DNA from: an uncultured Actinomycetes bacterium
GTDB lineage: Bacteria > Actinomycetota > UBA4738 > HRBIN12
NCBI GenBank assembly: GCA_963704885.1
Contig: CAVPIB010000004.1
Span: 384,001-448,000, forward strand
DNA length: 64,000 nucleotides
Direction of reading: 5' to 3'
The stretch's first letter is position 1, and each line of letters starts with the position of its first letter. Both the position numbers and the translations under genes were made by a program. Below are positions 60,198-64,000 of the stretch, in pieces. The notes beneath the pieces were generated by a model. The model was not told where the DNA came from and made no database searches. It was given only the letters and a program-made list of their open reading frames with translations.

Positions 60198-60661
60198 CGT
60201 GTGCTCCCCTTCAGCTCCGCGTCCCAGTCGACGACGGTCCGCGCCGATGCGATGCCGCTGTACCGAACATGCAGCTCCTCGTCGCCGGCGGCGATCGTGA
60301 CGCCGGCGTCATCGGCGGCCACCAGCCTGCCCGATAGGGACGCCCTGCCCTCGATCGGGGTAGTGGTCTTCAACCGAACCGTGTCACCCACGCGGCGCCG
60401 GTATTCCGCCGGGGTCCGCAGGGTCCGCTCGATCCCCGGCGAAGAAACTTCGAGCGCGTACGGACCGGGGGCGAAGCCCTGCAGATCGAGGCGCCGCGAC
60501 ACCTTCTCGGACAGGTCGGCGATGGTGTCGAGGTCGACGCCGCCGTCGCGGTCGACCACAACCCGCAGGACCCGGCGACCGGACTCGCGTCGGAACGCCA
60601 CCTCCACGAGCTCCAGACCGGCCCCTTCGATCACAGGCCTGACCAGTGTCTCCGCTTCCAT
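60194..60661 (-). CDS. rimP: Ribosome maturation factor RimP
   Basis: YALEVSSPGIERTL; first gene of the nusA-infB operon. Confidence 0.93.
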   Translation of the reverse strand: MEAETLVRPVIEGAGLELVEVAFRRESGRRVLRVVVDRDGGVDLDTIADLSEKVSRRLDLQGFAPGPYALEVSSPGIERTLRTPAEYRRRVGDTVRLKTTTPIEGRASLSGRLVAADDAGVTIAAGDEELHVRYSGIASARTVVDWDAELKGSTR

Positions 60662-60688
60662 CGCGCCGACCGTCCCCTTCGACAAAGA

Positions 60689-60708
60689 AAGTGGGCGCAG
60701 GCCCACTT
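60689..60708 (-). promoter_or_regulatory. rimP leader hairpin
   Basis: AAGTGGGC-N4-GCCCACTT followed by a U-rich run on the minus strand; the type of hairpin commonly seen upstream of rimP. Confidence 0.65.
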
Positions 60709-60769
60709 CCGCACACAACTCTGCTGACAGTTCGACGTTGAGTATAGCCGCTGTCCGCGACGCTGCTGC

Positions 60770-61054
60770 TCAGAGCGCCCTTCGCTGCCCGTCGGTGGAG
60801 TTCCACTGGTCACGGGCATTCAGCCGGCGAGCCAGGCGTGGATCGCTCCAGCCCTCGTGGCCTGGGACTCCAAGGCTCAGGCAGGCGGCCCTCGCCGCCT
60901 CTTCCGTTGGGAACTCGTCGCGATCCCAGAGGCCCGACGCGTCGATAAGGAGCAGATCCCACGTTGCGAGCCCCACGTGCTGGATCACTCCCTCGACCTG
61001 GCGGTGCAGCTTCACGAACTCCGTCAGGTGGTACGGGACCTTGGAGCCGCTCAT
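60770..61054 (-). CDS. Hypothetical protein (94 aa)
   Basis: Natural-looking composition; fills the proS-rimP gap; TAGGCT (-10) 6 nt upstream. Confidence 0.7.
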   Translation of the reverse strand: MSGSKVPYHLTEFVKLHRQVEGVIQHVGLATWDLLLIDASGLWDRDEFPTEEAARAACLSLGVPGHEGWSDPRLARRLNARDQWNSTDGQRRAL

Positions 61055-61063
61055 GCAGGAAGC

Positions 61064-62770
61064 CTACGGCGCCGAGGCGAGCAGGTCGACCGCGGCTAGG
61101 GCGGCGTCGGCTAGCGGAGCCTGCGACTTCTCACCCGTAGCTCGAAGCTTCAGATCCACCGTCCCCGCCTCGACCCCGCGCTTGCCCACGACGACCTGTA
61201 CGGGGTAGCCGATCAGGTCCGCATCCGCGAACTTCACCCCAGCCCTCTGCTCGCGGTCGTCGATCGCGACATCGACCCCACGATCGCGAAGCTCCGCGTA
61301 GATCCTCTCGGCCTCCGCCACCGCACGTTCATGGTCGTGCGTCGCGACGACGATCACTACCTCGAACGGCGCCAGTACCTTCGGCCAGATCATGCCGCTC
61401 TCGTCGTGCCGCTGCTCCACTGCGGCTGCCGTGATCCGCGTGATACCGATCCCGTAGCTGCCCATCACGTAGGGCCGCTCCACATCGTCCAGATCGGCGA
61501 AGCGAGCTCCCAGGGGCTCCGAGTACTGCGTCCCCAGCTGGTAGATGTGACCGACCACGATGGAGCGGCTGATGTGCAGCTCCCCGCCGTCCAAGGGGCA
61601 ACGATCGCCCTCGCGGAACTGGACGACGTCCTCCCATCGGTCGACACGGAAGTCGCGACCGGCGTTCGCGCCCGTAACGTGGCGATCCGCCTTGTTCGAC
61701 CCGGTGACCCAATCACGACCGCCGCGAACGGTGATGTCAGCGAACACCTCGACGGATCCGTCGAACCCCTGTGGCCCCACGTAGCCCTTCACGAGTCCAC
61801 GGGCCACGAAGTCGTCGTCGTCGAGCGCTCTGACCTTCTCGGGGAAGACGATCTTCCCCAGCTTGTCCACGTTGACCTCGCGATCCCCGGGGACCAAGAC
61901 GGCTACCGTCCGACCCCCGACATCGAACATCAGGCACTTGAGCGTGCGCGAGGCTTCAACGCCCAGGAGCGCCGCGAGCGAATCGATCGTGGGCGTGTTC
62001 GGCGTATCGACTTCGGTGAGCGGCTCGATGCCCTCGCCCGCCGGCTCGGGTTCGATCGGTCGCGCCGCCTCAGTGTCCGCCAGGTAGTCGCCGTTCTCGC
62101 ATTCGACGAACAGGTCCTCGCCGACCGTCGCCCGGGCCATGAACTCGTGGTTCACCCCGCCACCGATCTGCCCCGGGTCGGCCTCGACGATCACGCAGTC
62201 CAGGCCGACGCGTTCGAAGATGCGCTCATAGGCCTCGTACATGATCCGGTAGGACTCGCGCATCCCTTCTTCGTCCCGGTCGATCGAGTAGGCATCCTTC
62301 ATCAGGAATTCGCGACCCCGAAGGAGCCCGAACCTGGGCCGGAACTCGTCGCGGTACTTCCACTCCACCTGATACACGTTCACCGGCAGGTCGCGGTACG
62401 AAGGCAGGTCGCCTCCCGCGAGCAAGGCCACTACCTCCTCCTGGGTCGGCCCCAGGATCATCTGTCGCTCGTGACGGTCGTTCAATCTGAACAGGGTGTC
62501 CCCGTAGAGGTCGTAGCGCCCGGTCGCTTGCCACGGCGCGGCCGGGAGCACGATCGGCATGCGGATCTCCGACGCACCGGTCGCATCCATCTCCTCCCGG
62601 ACGATGGCTTCGACCTTCCGCATCACGCGGAGGCCCATCGGCAGCGTTGTGTAGACGCCCGCCATGACCTGACGGATGAATCCGCCGCGGAGCAGCAGGC
62701 GATGGCTCACGATCTCAGCCTCGGCCGGATCGTCGCGGAGGGTCGGCACGAACATCTGTGACAGCCTCAT
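61064..62770 (-). CDS. proS: Proline--tRNA ligase
   Basis: LGPTQEE, RPRFGLLRGREF, INS editing domain, GSYGIG and GVKFADADLIG. Confidence 0.97.
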   Translation of the reverse strand: MRLSQMFVPTLRDDPAEAEIVSHRLLLRGGFIRQVMAGVYTTLPMGLRVMRKVEAIVREEMDATGASEIRMPIVLPAAPWQATGRYDLYGDTLFRLNDRHERQMILGPTQEEVVALLAGGDLPSYRDLPVNVYQVEWKYRDEFRPRFGLLRGREFLMKDAYSIDRDEEGMRESYRIMYEAYERIFERVGLDCVIVEADPGQIGGGVNHEFMARATVGEDLFVECENGDYLADTEAARPIEPEPAGEGIEPLTEVDTPNTPTIDSLAALLGVEASRTLKCLMFDVGGRTVAVLVPGDREVNVDKLGKIVFPEKVRALDDDDFVARGLVKGYVGPQGFDGSVEVFADITVRGGRDWVTGSNKADRHVTGANAGRDFRVDRWEDVVQFREGDRCPLDGGELHISRSIVVGHIYQLGTQYSEPLGARFADLDDVERPYVMGSYGIGITRITAAAVEQRHDESGMIWPKVLAPFEVVIVVATHDHERAVAEAERIYAELRDRGVDVAIDDREQRAGVKFADADLIGYPVQVVVGKRGVEAGTVDLKLRATGEKSQAPLADAALAAVDLLASAP

Positions 62771-62845
62771 GAGGTTCCACAGGATAGCGGTCGCTCCGGG
62801 CGCCCCGTTGACGACGCGGCTGCCCAGCGGGAGAATCGGTGCCTG

Positions 62846-62914
62846 ATGCGGACGCAAGGGACGACCTGGGTCTGGCACCGGGGCTCGCGGAGCCCGATGC
62901 CGACGCTCGTCTGA
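62846..62914 (+). CDS. trpL: Trp leader peptide (MRTQGTTWVWHRGSRSPMPTLV)
   Basis: W-V-W codons; TTGACG-N17-GAGAAT promoter at 62808-62836; directly upstream of trpE. Confidence 0.7.
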   Translation: MRTQGTTWVWHRGSRSPMPTLV

Positions 62915-62976
62915 CTCAAGCGTTCGCGTCGAGGAGCACTAGCGAGCCCCGGACCACCGGTCCGGGGTTCTCCTGT
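62878..62976 (+). promoter_or_regulatory. Trp attenuator (antiterminator/terminator switch)
   Basis: 62878-62888 is perfectly complementary to 62942-62952, which is also the 5' arm of the hairpin 62944-62970. Confidence 0.7.
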
Positions 62977-63001
62977 ATCCGGCCACCTAAGGAGCGGTCA
63001 C

Positions 63002-64000
63002 GTGGAGCCATCGCTGCAGATCCGTCCAGACCCTGAGACCTTCGACTCACTCGGAGACGAGTGGCCCATGGTGCCGGTCTGGACCGAACTGCTGGCCGAC
63101 GTCTCGACGCCGGTGGGACTGTTCAAGGCGCTCGCGGGTGACGGTCCGGGCCTGGTGCTCGAGTCGGTCGAACGCTCCGAGCGGTGGGGGCGGTACTCGT
63201 TCGTGGCCGGCGACCCCGCCGCCACGATCCTCGTGGATGAGGGCGGCGTTCGGATCGAGGACGTGGTCCGCGAGCTCCCGATCGCCTCTCGCCTGGAAGG
63301 GATGGATACCCGATCCGCGCTGATCGCGATCGCACGCTCGCTGGGCGGACCGCGACCAACCGACCTCCCGCCGCTCACCGGCGGGCTGATGGGCTACTTA
63401 GCGTATGAGGCGGCCGCGTTGCTCGATGGCCACCCCGCCCCCGAGCCTGCCTCCGCGCCCTGTCCCCCGATCGGATTGCTGGTGATCGATCGAGCGGTGG
63501 TGTTCGACCACTGGCGGCAACGGCTCCTCCTGGTGGCGCACGTTCCAGCGGGCCACTACGAGGAGGGTGTGGCGGCCGTCGAGGATCTGGTCGCGCGCGT
63601 GTCGAGCGCCGAGCTCCCCTCGCTCGCTCCGGTCGTCGAGCACTACACGTCGGTCGACGGCCGGGCCAACATGGAGGACGAGGCATACCGATGGACCGTC
63701 TCGGCCTTCAGGGAGCACATCCTGGCCGGAGATATCTTCCAAGGTGTTCCCTCGCGCCAGGTCTCGTTCCCGGCTCCCGAAGGCGGCTTCCCGATCTACC
63801 GGCGACTACGGGTGACGAACCCCGCGCCATACATGTTCTTCGTCCGGACACGAGGCATGGAACTGGCTGGCTCGTCCCCAGAACCGCTGGTGCGAGTGGA
63901 AGGGCGGCGGGTCTTCAGCCGGCCGATCGCCGGCACCCGTCCCCGCGGACGAACCGAGATGCGTGACCGATTGCTGGAGCACGAGTTGCTCGCCGACCCG
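63002..64000 (+). CDS. trpE: Anthranilate synthase component I (5' part; runs off the window)
   Basis: AAGGAG SD and GTG start; LESVERSERWGRYSF, GGLMGYLAYE, GDIFQ, NPAPY, GSSPE and RPIAGTRPRG. Confidence 0.92.
   Translation, partial: MEPSLQIRPDPETFDSLGDEWPMVPVWTELLADVSTPVGLFKALAGDGPGLVLESVERSERWGRYSFVAGDPAATILVDEGGVRIEDVVRELPIASRLEGMDTRSALIAIARSLGGPRPTDLPPLTGGLMGYLAYEAAALLDGHPAPEPASAPCPPIGLLVIDRAVVFDHWRQRLLLVAHVPAGHYEEGVAAVEDLVARVSSAELPSLAPVVEHYTSVDGRANMEDEAYRWTVSAFREHILAGDIFQGVPSRQVSFPAPEGGFPIYRRLRVTNPAPYMFFVRTRGMELAGSSPEPLVRVEGRRVFSRPIAGTRPRGRTEMRDRLLEHELLADP

Overview
High-GC (~68% by eye) chromosomal window from an actinobacterium, probably a deep-branching lineage: it has the PIM-synthesis cluster and actinobacterial SOS/PafBC-type recA promoters, but also RNase Y. 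Most of it is core housekeeping DNA on the minus strand: pimA-like/patA/pgsA-like, fusA2, thrS, four tRNAs, dut-nrdJ-nrdR, lexA, hflX, dapDCEF, miaAB, rny, recX-recA, cinA, rodZ, ftsK, rnj, dapA/dapB, pnp-rpsO, ribF, truB-nrnA-rbfA-infB-nusA-rimP, proS and the start of trpE. I found no transposase, integrase, phage gene or CRISPR array. The most notable signals are: (1) a 25-bp semi-palindromic AT-rich element repeated (23/25 identical) at two convergent gene junctions 36.5 kb apart; (2) a ~200-nt rod-shaped RNA with a central bubble (6S-like) between recX and rny; (3) a five-gene insertion between ribF and truB built around a pseudo-PAP2/kinase fusion, a Cys-rich lipoprotein, an intact PAP2, an LPG-synthase-type membrane protein and an orphan solute-binding protein; (4) tandem paralogous unknown proteins between rodZ and ftsK; (5) an unnamed palindrome shared by the nrdJ and recA promoters, alongside DnaA-like, NrdR, SOS and PafBC-type sites, and a Trp attenuator. 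All calls come from reading the sequence by eye; no database search or folding program was run.
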